Shown here: positions 50,715 through 61,625 of the stretch, one piece after another
How the letters are laid out: every line of letters begins with the position of its first letter
Numbering within the stretch: position 1 is the stretch's first letter
Assembly: GCA_965223005.1 (NCBI GenBank)
Contig: CBDCVK010000010.1
Location: 1-64,000, forward strand
Source: Terriglobia bacterium
Lineage (GTDB): Bacteria; Acidobacteriota; Terriglobia; JAJPHL01; JAPKYU01
DNA: 64,000 bases
Direction: 5' to 3'
Translations under genes and position numbers: made by a program
The notes under the pieces: model-generated
What the model saw: the letters and a program-made list of their open reading frames with translations, nothing else
Databases searched by the model: none
Told to the model about the DNA's origin: nothing

Positions 50715-51395
50715 TCAAGCTTTGAGACCCAGGCCCGCCACGCAGTCGCGCACTCGCTCCCACATCGGCTCCAGCACGTCCAGCAACTGGTGATCCGAAT
50801 CGTAGAGAATGAGTTCCACGTTGGGATGGCCTTCGGCAAAACGCACTGAGAGCCGGTGGTCCACGGCCTGGTCGCGTCGCCCGTGCAGAACCAGCGCCGG
50901 CTGGCGAACCTCGGGAAACTCCTCGTATTGCAGGCCGTCGCCGAGAAGGCCATAGCCGATGCGCCGCTCCTGTTTTTCGCCGTAGTGGTAAACGGAGCGC
51001 CAGCCGCACTCGCGCCACTCCTGCATGGTTTGCTCGCCCAGCGACTCGGCCCAACGCCGTGCAAACCCGAAGGCCGGGGCCAGCAGCACCACGCCCAGCA
51101 CGCGCTGCCGATGGCCGGCGGCAAACAGCGCTGCCAGGTAGCCTCCGAGGCTCGAGCCAAGCAGAATGGCGGGCCCGTTGCCTACCAGCGTGTCGAGGCA
51201 ACGCAGTTGCTGCGTCAGGGTCGTGTGCTGGAAATCACCCTGGGTCAAATCGGGCAACTCCACAGGGCGGCCCATTTCCGCAAAGCGCTGCCGGAAAAAT
51301 TGTCCCTTGCTGGATTGCGGGCCGGAAGCGAATCCGTGCAGGTAGATCAGGCGGTGCATGCTGTTATCGGGGGCTTCCCCCGCACTTCTGGACAC
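50715..51395 (-). CDS. YqiA/YcfP alpha/beta hydrolase
   Basis: YLHGFASGP.S.K, GSSLGG, SDH. Start may be 51359. Confidence 0.9.
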   Translation of the reverse strand: MSRSAGEAPDNSMHRLIYLHGFASGPQSSKGQFFRQRFAEMGRPVELPDLTQGDFQHTTLTQQLRCLDTLVGNGPAILLGSSLGGYLAALFAAGHRQRVLGVVLLAPAFGFARRWAESLGEQTMQEWRECGWRSVYHYGEKQERRIGYGLLGDGLQYEEFPEVRQPALVLHGRRDQAVDHRLSVRFAEGHPNVELILYDSDHQLLDVLEPMWERVRDCVAGLGLKA

Positions 51396-51452
51396 TTCTA
51401 CGCGGTGGCCATGGTTGAATCGGAGTTCTGGGCCCTACCCGCAGCAAGGAAT

Positions 51453-52517
51453 CTATCTGCCAGTGACGAAAAGATCCACGATGCGCCTAGCCGTATCCAG
51501 CAGCAAGGCGCGGTTGCCCAGAAAGACGCGAGAGAAGCCGGTTGGCAGGGGAGGCAGTTGCGCCGCAAGCCCGGTCGGGAACGGCTGCAGACGCTTCTGT
51601 AGTCCCGGCGGCAGCTTCCCGTCGCGTCGGAGCTTGCGTTCCAGTCCGGGTGGCAGCTTTTCGCGCTTGGCCAAACCCGGAGGAAGGTTGGCGCGGTTGG
51701 TGGACAAGTAACTATTGATGGTCCGGCGATCAAAACTAGAGAACGAGGAAACGGCAGCTTGAGGCGAGGTTCGCCGCAGCGTGCCCTCCTCGACCGTGCC
51801 TTCCACTCGTTTCTCGCGTGGCTGTCGCGGTTTGGGATGATCCACGAACACCTGGGTCTCCCCGGCACTGAGTTGCCGTGCCGTGGTCGCGCTGCCAGCC
51901 GTCACAAAGCCGATCAAGAATTCCACCGGCAGCACCAGTTCCTTTTTGCCGGTCAGGTAGGCCGTACCAGTGCCCGCGCCAGCGCCGATGGCCGCTCCAA
52001 TCACCGCGCCTTTCTTGCCGCCGGTAAGTGCGCCAATGATGGCGCCGGCCGCGGCGCCCCCGCCAATCAGAGCGGCATTGCGCCCGGCATGGGACTCACC
52101 ATCCAGGGTGACCGGCTCGGTGCGCAGGCTGTAGCCGCCGGCATCCACCAGCTCCAGTGTGAGCGCGGCTGGCCTCTTCAGGCGCCCGGAGCTGACCGCC
52201 TCGACGACGCGACCTTTAGCACTGGTGTTCTTCGGCAGCACCGTCCGCCCGTCTACCACGAGCGGTTTGGCCAGCGTGGCCTCGAAGGTATCGCCCTCTT
52301 GGGCTTCTCCCGAGTGAATCTGGCTGAGCAGACGGATTTCAATGGCCGTGCCAGGATCCAATCGCAGGGCTTTGAAGCGGCTCACCTTGCGTTTGCCGGC
52401 TGGCGTTGTCGCCGCCGCCACGCAGACCAGCAGCAACACGCCCAGGACTCGCACGAGCAGGCGAGCCAGTGAAGATGCCGGTGAAGATGAAAGCTGAATC
52501 TTAGCTGGATGTTTCAT
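51453..52517 (-). CDS. Exported glycine-zipper protein with LPPGL-repeat C-terminus
   Basis: IGGGAAAGAIIGALTGGKKGAVIGAAIGAGAG; LPPGLAKREKLPPGLERK..LPPGLQK. Start uncertain. Confidence 0.75.
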   Translation of the reverse strand: MKHPAKIQLSSSPASSLARLLVRVLGVLLLVCVAAATTPAGKRKVSRFKALRLDPGTAIEIRLLSQIHSGEAQEGDTFEATLAKPLVVDGRTVLPKNTSAKGRVVEAVSSGRLKRPAALTLELVDAGGYSLRTEPVTLDGESHAGRNAALIGGGAAAGAIIGALTGGKKGAVIGAAIGAGAGTGTAYLTGKKELVLPVEFLIGFVTAGSATTARQLSAGETQVFVDHPKPRQPREKRVEGTVEEGTLRRTSPQAAVSSFSSFDRRTINSYLSTNRANLPPGLAKREKLPPGLERKLRRDGKLPPGLQKRLQPFPTGLAAQLPPLPTGFSRVFLGNRALLLDTARRIVDLFVTGR

Positions 52518-52652
52518 TTCGAGACTTCCTTGCTGGCGAGACCTCCATGCCGGTGGATACAGGGTCTCAGGAACTGTTGCGATGGACATCGTATCACACT
52601 GTAATCCTCGCCCCGGGCAGCTCGCGGCGGCAAGCCTCGGCCACGCCAGACG

Positions 52653-53387
52653 CTACCGTTTCCGCTTGAGACGGATCTTAACTTCCTCTTCCGGATACGC
52701 AGCAAACAGGCGCCCCGTTTCGGAGAATTGCAAGGCTGGGACCACCTGCACCGAATTGGGCAGGAAGCCTGGCATCTCGGCGGTCGCCACCAGAGCCATC
52801 GCCTTTGCCGGCCGGAGGTGAGATTCGGGGATGCGGAAGACGAACCGCCCATCCGGCGCGGCTTCCAGTTGCCCGCCGGTTTCATTCTCGCCTTCGGCGG
52901 TGAACTCGTAGACGGGTACGCGGGCCCGGCTGCCGTCACGCAGCAGCGCCTCCAGGGTCACCTTCGCAGGCCCGATGCCCCGCCCCCGTTCGTTCACCAC
53001 CTGCCATTCGCCCAGAACGTCATACTCCGCGGCTCCAGGAAAAGTTCCCTTCGGAACTCGCACGTTCACCGTGATCTCTTCGCGGTTGCCGAGCCAGGCC
53101 CGCCCCAGGCGCGGAGCAGTTCTCTTCGGCAGGTAGAGCAGAATGTCGTAGGTCCCGGCAGGGAGGCTCAACGAGTATTTGCCCTCCGGGCCGGTAACCG
53201 CTGATTTCCTCTCCGGCGACCCGGGGCGGAGGAATTCCAGGCGCACACCCTCGACCGCGGCGCCGTCCGTGTCCTCAGCAGTCCCATGCACGGTAATCGT
53301 CTCCGTGGCACCGCGCGTCGTTGCGTGTTCCACCTGCCCAGCGAGGCCACCGAATAGCACGAGCAACCAGAGCAACAACCACGTCAT
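52653..53387 (-). CDS. Secreted carboxypeptidase-regulatory-like domain protein
   Basis: Signal peptide; GTAEDTDGAAVEGV, TGPEGKYSL, LPAGTY. Confidence 0.7.
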   Translation of the reverse strand: MTWLLLWLLVLFGGLAGQVEHATTRGATETITVHGTAEDTDGAAVEGVRLEFLRPGSPERKSAVTGPEGKYSLSLPAGTYDILLYLPKRTAPRLGRAWLGNREEITVNVRVPKGTFPGAAEYDVLGEWQVVNERGRGIGPAKVTLEALLRDGSRARVPVYEFTAEGENETGGQLEAAPDGRFVFRIPESHLRPAKAMALVATAEMPGFLPNSVQVVPALQFSETGRLFAAYPEEEVKIRLKRKR

Positions 53388-53447
53388 CGTAGCGAATCTA
53401 CGCCCTTGGCCGGCTTGCGTAAAGCGGTTACGTTCGACTAGAGTGCT

Positions 53448-55190
53448 ATGTCGGTGTCCCGAAACGGCTCCAGGCTCTTCTGCTTCCTGTTTGCTGCGCT
53501 GTTTGCTGCCTCCTGGGGTGTGGCGGTTGGCCGGACGGCCAGCCCGGCGCCGGTGCGCGCTCGTCAGGGAATGGTGGTTTCGGTGGACGAGCAGGCTTCG
53601 CGAGTCGGGGTGCAGGTCCTGAAGGAGGGCGGCAACGCCGTGGATGCGGCCATTGCTACCGCCTTCGCTCTGGCAGTCACCCATCCGGCAGCAGGCAACC
53701 TGGGCGGCGGCGGCTTCTTGCTGCTCCGTTTTAAGGATGGCCGCGCGACCTTCCTGGATTTTCGCGAGCGAGCGCCGGCTGCCGCCTCTCGCGACATGTA
53801 CCTGGACGCCTCCGGCAGCGTAATCCCGCAGGCATCCACTGTCGGATTGCGCGCCGCCGCCGTGCCGGGCACGGTGGCCGGCTTGGAGTATGCCAGCCGC
53901 AAGTATGGCCGGCTACGCTGGAGCCGTCTGGTGGCGCCTGCCGTGGCTCTGGCGCGAAAGGGCTTCCCGGTCAGCTTCGAGCTCGCTCGCTCGCTCTCCA
54001 GCCCGAAGACGGTAGAGCGCCTCAGCCGCTTCCCGGCTTCCAACCGCATCTTTCTTCGAAATGGGCTCCGAAACGGGCTTCGCAACGGGCGGTTCTACCA
54101 ACCGGGCGAGCGTTTCGTGCAACGCGACCTGGGGCGCACGCTGGAGCGTATCCGGCGCAGGGGCGCCCGCGACTTCTACCATGGGCGAACAGCACGTGAA
54201 CTGGCTGCCTTCGTGGAGCAACACGACGGCCTGATCACGCTGGAAGACCTGAAGAACTACCAGGTGGCGGAACGCGAGCCGATCACGGGCACCTACCGCG
54301 GCTACCACATAACGAGCGCGCCGCCGCCCAGTTCGGGCGGGGTTGTGCTGCTCCAGATGCTGAACATTCTGGAGGGAGTCCCGCTGGCCGAGAAAGGCGC
54401 ACTGTCGGCCGACGCCATTCACTGGACGGTGGAGACGATGCGCCGCGCCTTCGCGGACCGTGCGCGCTATTTGGGCGATCCGGATTTCGTGCGTATTCCG
54501 GTGCGTGGCCTCACCGACAAGGAATACGCTGAGAGGCTGCGCGCCTCGATTGACTCGGAGCACGCCACGCCCTCGCTCAACGTTGCCGCCGGGGACCCGA
54601 TGCCCTTCGAAGCGGGCGAAACCACCCACGTGTCGGCCGTGGACCGCGAGGGCAACGCCGCCGCGCTCACCTACACCCTGAACGACCTCTACGGATGTGG
54701 GGTAACGGTGGAGGGACTGGGGTTCCTGTTGAACAACGAGATGGATGATTTTACCGCCAAGCCCGGTGTTCCAAACGATGCCGGGCTGATTCAAGGGGAG
54801 ACCAACAGCATCGCCCCGGGCAAGCGGCCGCTTTCCAGCATGACCCCCACGGTGGTGGCCCGCGACGGCAAGCTGGTGCTGGTGTTGGGCAGTCCGGGCG
54901 GGCCCAAGATTATCAGCACGGTGTTGAACGTCCTGCTGGGCGTCATAGACTACAAGCTGGACGTGCAGCGTGCGGTGGATGCCCCGCGCTTTCACCATCA
55001 GTGGTTGCCCGACAGCATCCGCATGGAGTCTGGCTTCTCGCCGGACACCATCGCGCTGCTTCGGGCGCGAGGCCACCAGTTCGACATTGGAGACTATTTT
55101 GGGGATGCGCACACTATCGCGCTTGGCCCGGACGGTTGGCTGCTGGGCGCCGCCGACCCTCGGCGGGGCGGCAAAGCGGTGGGCTACTAG
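53448..55190 (+). CDS. ggt: Gamma-glutamyltransferase
   Basis: GGNAVDAA, DFRE.AP, PPPSSGG, ETTH, LNNEMDDF, RPLSSM, GSPGG. Confidence 0.96.
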   Translation: MSVSRNGSRLFCFLFAALFAASWGVAVGRTASPAPVRARQGMVVSVDEQASRVGVQVLKEGGNAVDAAIATAFALAVTHPAAGNLGGGGFLLLRFKDGRATFLDFRERAPAAASRDMYLDASGSVIPQASTVGLRAAAVPGTVAGLEYASRKYGRLRWSRLVAPAVALARKGFPVSFELARSLSSPKTVERLSRFPASNRIFLRNGLRNGLRNGRFYQPGERFVQRDLGRTLERIRRRGARDFYHGRTARELAAFVEQHDGLITLEDLKNYQVAEREPITGTYRGYHITSAPPPSSGGVVLLQMLNILEGVPLAEKGALSADAIHWTVETMRRAFADRARYLGDPDFVRIPVRGLTDKEYAERLRASIDSEHATPSLNVAAGDPMPFEAGETTHVSAVDREGNAAALTYTLNDLYGCGVTVEGLGFLLNNEMDDFTAKPGVPNDAGLIQGETNSIAPGKRPLSSMTPTVVARDGKLVLVLGSPGGPKIISTVLNVLLGVIDYKLDVQRAVDAPRFHHQWLPDSIRMESGFSPDTIALLRARGHQFDIGDYFGDAHTIALGPDGWLLGAADPRRGGKAVGY

Positions 55191-55274
55191 CCGGCATCAG
55201 GTGCCAGGAATATCTCCTGCTCGGTAGCCACGGCGATCTGGAATCTGACATCTGGCACGTGAAACCTGGTTCTT

Positions 55275-56117
55275 ATGCAAAAGGCATTGTCCACACACAT
55301 GTTCGTCAACCAGCGGTTGACGGTCTCGATACTGGAGCGCATTGAGAAGGCCGGCGTTGAGCTGGTGGAGATTTTTTGCGCTCGCCAGCACTTTGATTAT
55401 CACGACAGCAACCAGGCGCAGGAACTCGCCGCTTGGTTCCGGGATTCCCGGCTCCGGTTGCACTCCATCCACGCACCGATGTACCGGGACAAGGAGTGGG
55501 GGCGCAGCGGGCCTCAGGCGGTGGTGTCGATCGCAGAAACGGAGAAGGTGCGTCGCATTGCGGCTTGCGACGAGATCAAACGGGCGTTGGAGCTGGCCGA
55601 GCAGGTGCCGTTTCGTTACGCAGTGACCCACCTGGGCGTCTCGCGCGAAGAGTACGACCTGCGCAAGATGGATGCGGCGTTTTCCAGTATCGAGGTTCTG
55701 CGCATGTTTGCGCGCCAGCGGGGCGCCGACCTGGTGCTGGAGAATATCCCCAACGAACTGGCCACCCCCGGCCGCCTGCTGGAGTTCCTGAACTATACGC
55801 ACCTGAACGACGTGGGGCTGTGCTTTGACAGCGGTCACGCGCACATGGGCGAGGGGGTGGCGGCCAGCTTCGAGAAGATGGGGTCGCGGGTCTTCACCAC
55901 CCACCTCCACGACAACCTGGGAGACAAGGACGAACACTTGTTTCCCTTCGAGGGTACCATTGAGTGGGGACGCACCATCCGCGACTTTAGCGCCGCGCCC
56001 AACTCGTTTCCCATTCTGCTGGAGATTCGCGAATTCCCCGAGGTGAAGGACCCGCTGGCCCGCGCCAGCGAAGTGTTCGACAAGTTCGAAGAGTTGGAAG
56101 CCGCCGCATCCCGATGA
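55275..56117 (+). CDS. Sugar phosphate isomerase/epimerase (AP endonuclease 2 TIM barrel)
   Basis: LENIP, FDSGH, HLHDN, DEHL.P.EG, LE. Confidence 0.85.
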   Translation: MQKALSTHMFVNQRLTVSILERIEKAGVELVEIFCARQHFDYHDSNQAQELAAWFRDSRLRLHSIHAPMYRDKEWGRSGPQAVVSIAETEKVRRIAACDEIKRALELAEQVPFRYAVTHLGVSREEYDLRKMDAAFSSIEVLRMFARQRGADLVLENIPNELATPGRLLEFLNYTHLNDVGLCFDSGHAHMGEGVAASFEKMGSRVFTTHLHDNLGDKDEHLFPFEGTIEWGRTIRDFSAAPNSFPILLEIREFPEVKDPLARASEVFDKFEELEAAASR

Positions 56118-57433
56118 CCCCCTCAGCCGACCTCCCGGTAACCACCATCGCCAAAATCGGAACCTACGACGGACAGCAAGTCGTGATTCGCGGCTGGCTG
56201 TACAACCTGCGCGAGGCGGGCAAGCTGCTGTTCCCGATCTTCCGCGACGGCACCGGAGTCCTGCAGGGCGTGGTTTCCAGAGGCTCGGTGCCGCCGGAAT
56301 CCTTCCAGATGCTCAAGCACCTCCAGCACGAATCGTCGGTGAGTGTCGTCGGGCGTGTGCGCGCCGACCGGCGCGCCCCCGGCGGCTATGAACTGGAGGT
56401 TTCCGATGTCGAGGTGGTACAGGCGGTTTCCCCCGAAGAGCCGTTTCCCGTCACCCTGAAGGAGCACGGGGTGGACTTCTTGCTCGACCGGCGGCACCTG
56501 TGGATTCGGACGCCGCGCCAGAACGCCATCCTGCGGGTGCGGCACGAAGTGATCCGCGCCGCGCGGGACTATCTGGACGACCACGGCTTTATCCAGGTGG
56601 ATACGCCCATTTTCACTCCGGCGGCCTGCGAGGGCACGACCAGCCTGTTTGAGGTGCAGTACTTCGAGGAGAAGGCCTACCTGACGCAGTCCGGCCAGTT
56701 CTATAACGAAGCCACTGCCGCCGCCCTGGGTAAGGTGTACTGCTTCGGGCCCACCTTCCGCGCCGAAAAATCCAAGACACGCCGCCACCTGACCGAGTTC
56801 TGGATGGTGGAGCCGGAGATGTCCTACGCTCACCTGGAGGACGTCATGGACGTCTCCGAGCAACTGGTCAGCCACATTGTCCAGCGGGTGCTGGAACGCC
56901 GCAGCGCCGAGCTCGCAACGCTCGAGCGCGATCCGGCTCTTCTCGAGCGGGTGCGGCCACCCTTTCCTCGCATCAGCTACGACGAGGCGATCCGGATTTT
57001 GCAGCGCAAGGGTAGCCTGATCCAGTGGGGCGGTGACGTTGGCAACGCCGACGAGACCCTGCTCGGCGAGGAGTTCGACCGGCCCGTGATGGTCCACCAC
57101 TACCCGTCGGCCATCAAGGCCTTCTATATGCAGCCCGACCCCGAGCGGCCGGAGCTCGCAATGGGCGTGGACGTGATTGCTCCGAAAGGCTATGGGGAAA
57201 TCATTGGCGGCGGGGAGCGGATCTCGGACCTGGAGCTTTTGCAGGCGCGCATCCGCCAGCAGAACCTGCCGGCGGAATCTTTCGCCTGGTACGTGGACCT
57301 GCGCAAGTACGGTAGCGTCCCGCACGCCGGCTTCGGCATGGGCATCGAACGCGTGGTGACTTGGATGTGCGGGCTGGAGCACGTGCGGGAGACCATTGCG
57401 TTCCCGCGGATGCTGTATCGTCTGTATCCGTAG
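56114..57433 (+). CDS. asnS: Asparagine-tRNA ligase
   Basis: [42 protein letters not shown]. Confidence 0.95.
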   Translation: MTPSADLPVTTIAKIGTYDGQQVVIRGWLYNLREAGKLLFPIFRDGTGVLQGVVSRGSVPPESFQMLKHLQHESSVSVVGRVRADRRAPGGYELEVSDVEVVQAVSPEEPFPVTLKEHGVDFLLDRRHLWIRTPRQNAILRVRHEVIRAARDYLDDHGFIQVDTPIFTPAACEGTTSLFEVQYFEEKAYLTQSGQFYNEATAAALGKVYCFGPTFRAEKSKTRRHLTEFWMVEPEMSYAHLEDVMDVSEQLVSHIVQRVLERRSAELATLERDPALLERVRPPFPRISYDEAIRILQRKGSLIQWGGDVGNADETLLGEEFDRPVMVHHYPSAIKAFYMQPDPERPELAMGVDVIAPKGYGEIIGGGERISDLELLQARIRQQNLPAESFAWYVDLRKYGSVPHAGFGMGIERVVTWMCGLEHVRETIAFPRMLYRLYP

Positions 57434-57494
57434 CGGCGGCGTTCAGGACGCCAGCGGGGTGGCAGGCTGAAACGCGGCGCTACGAGCGGCGTAC

Positions 57495-58403
57495 ATGCGA
57501 AAGATCAAGATCATCGGCGTTCCGCTGGATCTGGGTCAGGACCGCCGCGGCGTGGACATGGGACCATCGGCGCTGCGGGTAGCTGGGTTGAACGCGCGCC
57601 TGCGTCGCCTGGGCTGCGAGGTGGAGGATGGGGGCAATGTGTCGGTGGCCATTGCCGAGATGCACGCCTTTGGCACGGAGAAGGCGAAGTACCTCGATCA
57701 GGTGGCCGAAACCTGCCAGCGGCACGCCGCCTGGGTGGAGGATATCTTGCGCGAGGGATCCACTCCCCTTGTGCTGGGCGGCGACCATTCCATCGCCATC
57801 GGCACCGTTTCGGGCGTGGCCAATTTCTATCGCAATAAGAAACGGACAATCGGACTCCTCTGGCTGGACGCCCACGCCGACATGAATACGCCGGAGACGA
57901 CTCCGAGCGGGAACCTGCATGGCATGCCGCTGGCCTGCTGCCTGGGCTTGGGCGCGCCGGAGCTGACGCACATCGGCGGCTTCAGTCCCAGGGTGAAGCC
58001 CAGGCGGGCGGCGCTGATCGGGGTGCGGGCGGTGGATGCGGAGGAAAAAGACAACGTCCGCAGGTCGGGCCTGCGGGTCTTCAGCATGCGCGAGCTGGAC
58101 GAGCGGGGCCTGCGCGCGGTGATGCGGGAAGCCCTGGCCCTGGCTTCCCGCGGGACTGCGGGCTTCTGCGTCACCGTGGACATGGACTTTCTGGACCCGG
58201 AGGATGCACCAGGGGTAGGCACGCCAGCGCGCGGCGGCGCCACCTATCGTGAGGCGCACCTGGCCATGGAGATGATTGCGGATTCGGGTCGTATGCTCTC
58301 CTTCGAGCTGACCGAAGTGAACCCGGTCATTGACGAGGCCAACCGGACGGCTGAGCTGGGTGTTGAGCTCGCGCTCTCAGCCTTCGGCAAGAAAATCCTG
58401 TGA
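57495..58403 (+). CDS. rocF: Arginase
   Basis: [37 protein letters not shown]. Confidence 0.95.
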   Translation: MRKIKIIGVPLDLGQDRRGVDMGPSALRVAGLNARLRRLGCEVEDGGNVSVAIAEMHAFGTEKAKYLDQVAETCQRHAAWVEDILREGSTPLVLGGDHSIAIGTVSGVANFYRNKKRTIGLLWLDAHADMNTPETTPSGNLHGMPLACCLGLGAPELTHIGGFSPRVKPRRAALIGVRAVDAEEKDNVRRSGLRVFSMRELDERGLRAVMREALALASRGTAGFCVTVDMDFLDPEDAPGVGTPARGGATYREAHLAMEMIADSGRMLSFELTEVNPVIDEANRTAELGVELALSAFGKKIL

Positions 58404-58410
58404 GCGAAAT

Positions 58411-58466
58411 GGCCACAAAGAGGCAGCGGCACAGAGCAGACGCCGTGTCTCTGTGCCTCGGTGGCC
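58411..58466. repeat. REP-like palindromic element
   Basis: GGCCAC..GGCACAGAG / CTCTGTGCC..GTGGCC between rocF and ddl. Confidence 0.55.
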
Positions 58467-58476
58467 GATAGATCTT

Positions 58477-59655
58477 ATGGCTAGGAAACTGCGGGTGGGG
58501 GTCCTGTTTGGCGGGCGGTCGGGCGAGCACGAGATCTCGCTGCGCTCGGCCGCTTCGATCCTCGCGGCCCTGGATCGGGAGAAGTACGAGGTCGTGCCCA
58601 TCGGCATCACCAGGGAGGGGCGCTGGCTCACTGCCGACGCCTCGCAGAAGCTGCTGGCCGGGGAGTATCAGCCGGAGCCGCGTGCCGGCGCCGGCGACGC
58701 GAGCGCGGCGGTCCAGACCGAAGCAGGCGTACTTGCGCACGGACTGGGGATGGTGCTGGCGCCGGCCCCGGCCCAGCAGCAGGCTGGCAACCGGACGGTG
58801 GACGTGATCTTCCCCGCGCTCCACGGCACCTTCGGCGAGGACGGCACCGTGCAGGGCCTGATGGAGCTGGCTGGACTTCCCTACGTGGGCGCGGGCGTGC
58901 TCGGCTCAGCCGCGGGCATGGACAAGGAGGTGATGAAGCGGCTGTTCCGCGACCACGGCCTCCCGGTCGTTCCCTGGCTGGTGTTTCTGCGCGGCGAAAT
59001 CCTGGAGCGCCCACGCGGGGTGATGTCGGCAGTGGAGAAAAAATTCCGTTATCCGGCGTTTGTCAAGCCGGCAAATCTGGGCTCGTCGGTGGGCATCACC
59101 AAGGCGCACCATCGAAGGGAACTGCGACGCGCCCTTGAACTAGCAGCACAATTTGATCGCAAGGTGCTGGTGGAGCGGGGCGTGGATGCCCGGGAGCTGG
59201 AATGCTCGGTGCTGGGCAACGACGCGCCCCGGGCGTCGGTGCCCGGCGAGGTCATCCCGGTCAACGAATTTTACGACTATGCCGCCAAGTACCTGGACGA
59301 AGGTTCCGAGCTGGTGATCCCGGCCAGCATCACCCCCGCCCAGGCTCGGCGGGTGAGAGAGCTGGCGGTGGCGGCCTTCCGGGCGGTGGAGTGCGCCGGC
59401 ATGGCGCGGGTGGATTTGTTTCTGGAACGCCGAAGTGGCAAAATTTACGTGAATGAGATCAACACCATTCCCGGGTTTACCTCGATCAGCATGTTTCCCA
59501 AGCTTTGGGAAGCCTCCGGCTTGTCGTATCCGAAGCTGATTGACCGGCTGATCCAGCTGGCGCTGGAGCGGCACCAGGAAAAGCAGGGGAGCCGCTATAC
59601 AATTGAACTTCCCCGGCAAAGAGGCAAGCGTGGCAGAACCCGCAGATCACGGTGA
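58477..59655 (+). CDS. ddl: D-alanine-D-alanine ligase
   Basis: [45 protein letters not shown]. Confidence 0.96.
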   Translation: MARKLRVGVLFGGRSGEHEISLRSAASILAALDREKYEVVPIGITREGRWLTADASQKLLAGEYQPEPRAGAGDASAAVQTEAGVLAHGLGMVLAPAPAQQQAGNRTVDVIFPALHGTFGEDGTVQGLMELAGLPYVGAGVLGSAAGMDKEVMKRLFRDHGLPVVPWLVFLRGEILERPRGVMSAVEKKFRYPAFVKPANLGSSVGITKAHHRRELRRALELAAQFDRKVLVERGVDARELECSVLGNDAPRASVPGEVIPVNEFYDYAAKYLDEGSELVIPASITPAQARRVRELAVAAFRAVECAGMARVDLFLERRSGKIYVNEINTIPGFTSISMFPKLWEASGLSYPKLIDRLIQLALERHQEKQGSRYTIELPRQRGKRGRTRRSR

Positions 59656-60101
59656 CGTTCATGTTTGATGAAGTTACCGATCCCAAAGTTCTGGGCCGTG
59701 AGCGGCGAAATCGGCGGATTCTCATTGGCGCCATCCTGCTCCTGGTGGTGGCGGCGTTGCTTTATTGGCAGTTCAAGAACTACCGCCAGGAGCGCGCCGC
59801 CAAGAGGTTTCTGGCAGCGCTCGAACGCCAGGAGTACCGCGAGGCGTACGACATGTGGATGAGTGAAGAGTCAAGCGTGAAGAGTGGCGCGCGGCAGCCG
59901 AAGCCCCTTCCCTCATACCGCTATCAGGACTTCCTACGCGACTGGGGGCCGGAGGGAGACTACGGGAAAGTCGAGAGCTTCGAGATGGCCGGCTCGCGCA
60001 GCCGTGGCTCCGGCGTCATTGTCACCTTCCGCATCAACGGTAAGGAAGCCCGCATCTGGGTGGAGAGAGAAGACAAGAGCCTCACCTTCCCGCCCTTCTG
60101 A
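59652..60101 (+). CDS. Hypothetical membrane-anchored protein
   Basis: N-terminal TM; FLRDWGPEGDYG. Coupled to ddl. Confidence 0.7.
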   Translation: MTFMFDEVTDPKVLGRERRNRRILIGAILLLVVAALLYWQFKNYRQERAAKRFLAALERQEYREAYDMWMSEESSVKSGARQPKPLPSYRYQDFLRDWGPEGDYGKVESFEMAGSRSRGSGVIVTFRINGKEARIWVEREDKSLTFPPF

Positions 60102-60181
60102 CGTGCGACGAGTGATGAATCAAGAACGAAGGAATTGCTGGGACTGTCGCAACTCACTACTCGCGCTTCACCCTTAACTCT

Positions 60182-61243
60182 TCACTCTTCACTCATGACT
60201 GCTTCGGCCTCGGCCAGCACCCGCTGCGGGGAGATGGCTTCCATGCAGATATTGCGCTGGCAGGTTTTCATCATGGGCGTCCCGTAGCAGGGCGCGCAGA
60301 AGACACGGTGGCGCACGATGCGGATGGGAGTCGTGGACGATAGCGGTCGGGTTTGTTCCAGGATGGCTGGCCCCCAAAGGACCACCAGCGGCGTGCCCAC
60401 CGCGGCGGCCATGTGGGCCGCCCCGGTGTCCACCGAGATGAACAGTTGGAGGCGGCGAATGACGGCTGCCAGTTGCCGCACGGTGGTGCGGCCGGCGAGT
60501 TCCACAAAGCTGCCGGCGGGAAGCTGCGCCGCGATGGCTCTGGCGTCGTCTCGATCATCGGTCGAGCCAGTCAGCACCAAACGCACGCCCCGTTGGACCA
60601 GAAGGCGGCCGAGCTGGTTGAAGTTGTCCGTCCCCCAGCCCTTGAGTCGCTGGCCCTGATTCTTCTTTCCGCGCCGGGGTCCGTAGCCGGCGTGCAAACC
60701 GACCAGCGGCGGCCGGATTTCGCCCAGAAGCTGCTCCGCGGCGCGTTCCTCCTCGGGCGAACCCGGCAACTCCATGTCCAGTGACCCGGCCGGGGCCTGT
60801 TGCCAGTCGGGGAAGCCGGAAGCGCGCAGGTTGTTTAAGATGGCGTGCAGTTTGGGGGCGACCGGAGTTTCTCGGAAGCTTCGAATTTGCTTCACCTCGG
60901 CGCGTTCCAGAAGACGGCGGAAGTGGGGGGCGCTTTCCAGCAGTACGGCGAACTCGTAGCGGGCGGCTCGCAACCTTCGCCCCAGCCGCTGCTTCTCCCG
61001 CGACAGCCACCAGGGCAGGTGGCGGTGACGCAGTCGAAACAGCTGGGTAATTCCCGGATTAGCCTCCAGCAGGGGCGTGGCCGGCTCCCAGCCGAGAAAG
61101 TCAATGGCGGCTTGTGGATAACGTGCCCTTAACGCGCGCACTACCGGGGTGGCCATCAATGTGTCGCCCAGCGCCCCGACGCGGACTACCAGGATGCGCC
61201 CACCGGACTCCTTGCTGCCAGAGGTGCCCGCCACCTGCTCCAT
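60182..61243 (-). CDS. GT9 glycosyltransferase (heptosyltransferase-like)
   Basis: GALGD, K.W, LAGRT, DTGAAHMA, CAPC, CM..ISP. Confidence 0.92.
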   Translation of the reverse strand: MEQVAGTSGSKESGGRILVVRVGALGDTLMATPVVRALRARYPQAAIDFLGWEPATPLLEANPGITQLFRLRHRHLPWWLSREKQRLGRRLRAARYEFAVLLESAPHFRRLLERAEVKQIRSFRETPVAPKLHAILNNLRASGFPDWQQAPAGSLDMELPGSPEEERAAEQLLGEIRPPLVGLHAGYGPRRGKKNQGQRLKGWGTDNFNQLGRLLVQRGVRLVLTGSTDDRDDARAIAAQLPAGSFVELAGRTTVRQLAAVIRRLQLFISVDTGAAHMAAAVGTPLVVLWGPAILEQTRPLSSTTPIRIVRHRVFCAPCYGTPMMKTCQRNICMEAISPQRVLAEAEAVMSEE

Positions 61244-61625
61244 GCAGTGATTCTAGTACGTCCCGGCAACGGCTGTCAGGCAATGCTCGGCCATTGCGGG
61301 ATCCGGCTTGGCAGCCGTCTGGGGTCGTGCGGCATGGAGTGCAGGATCTTCGGGGTCCGAACAGCGTTGCTTTCAAGAAATTCGGCTGCAAGGAAACCGC
61401 GTGAACCAGCCCGCGTAGCGCTTGACTGCCGTGTTAGGCTGGTTTTGAGTTATCCCACAATTCGAGCACGAAGGCTGGAGGGGGGTATGAAGGACAGTAC
61501 AGTTTTTCCTCCTCGTAGTGCCGTTTTCACTGTGCCGACAGCCGGGATTGGTTCCGGCTTCTCCTGCCCCGAAGACTGTCGTAGCAAGGGTGACAAACCC
61601 AGGGTGACAAACAGGGTGACAAACA

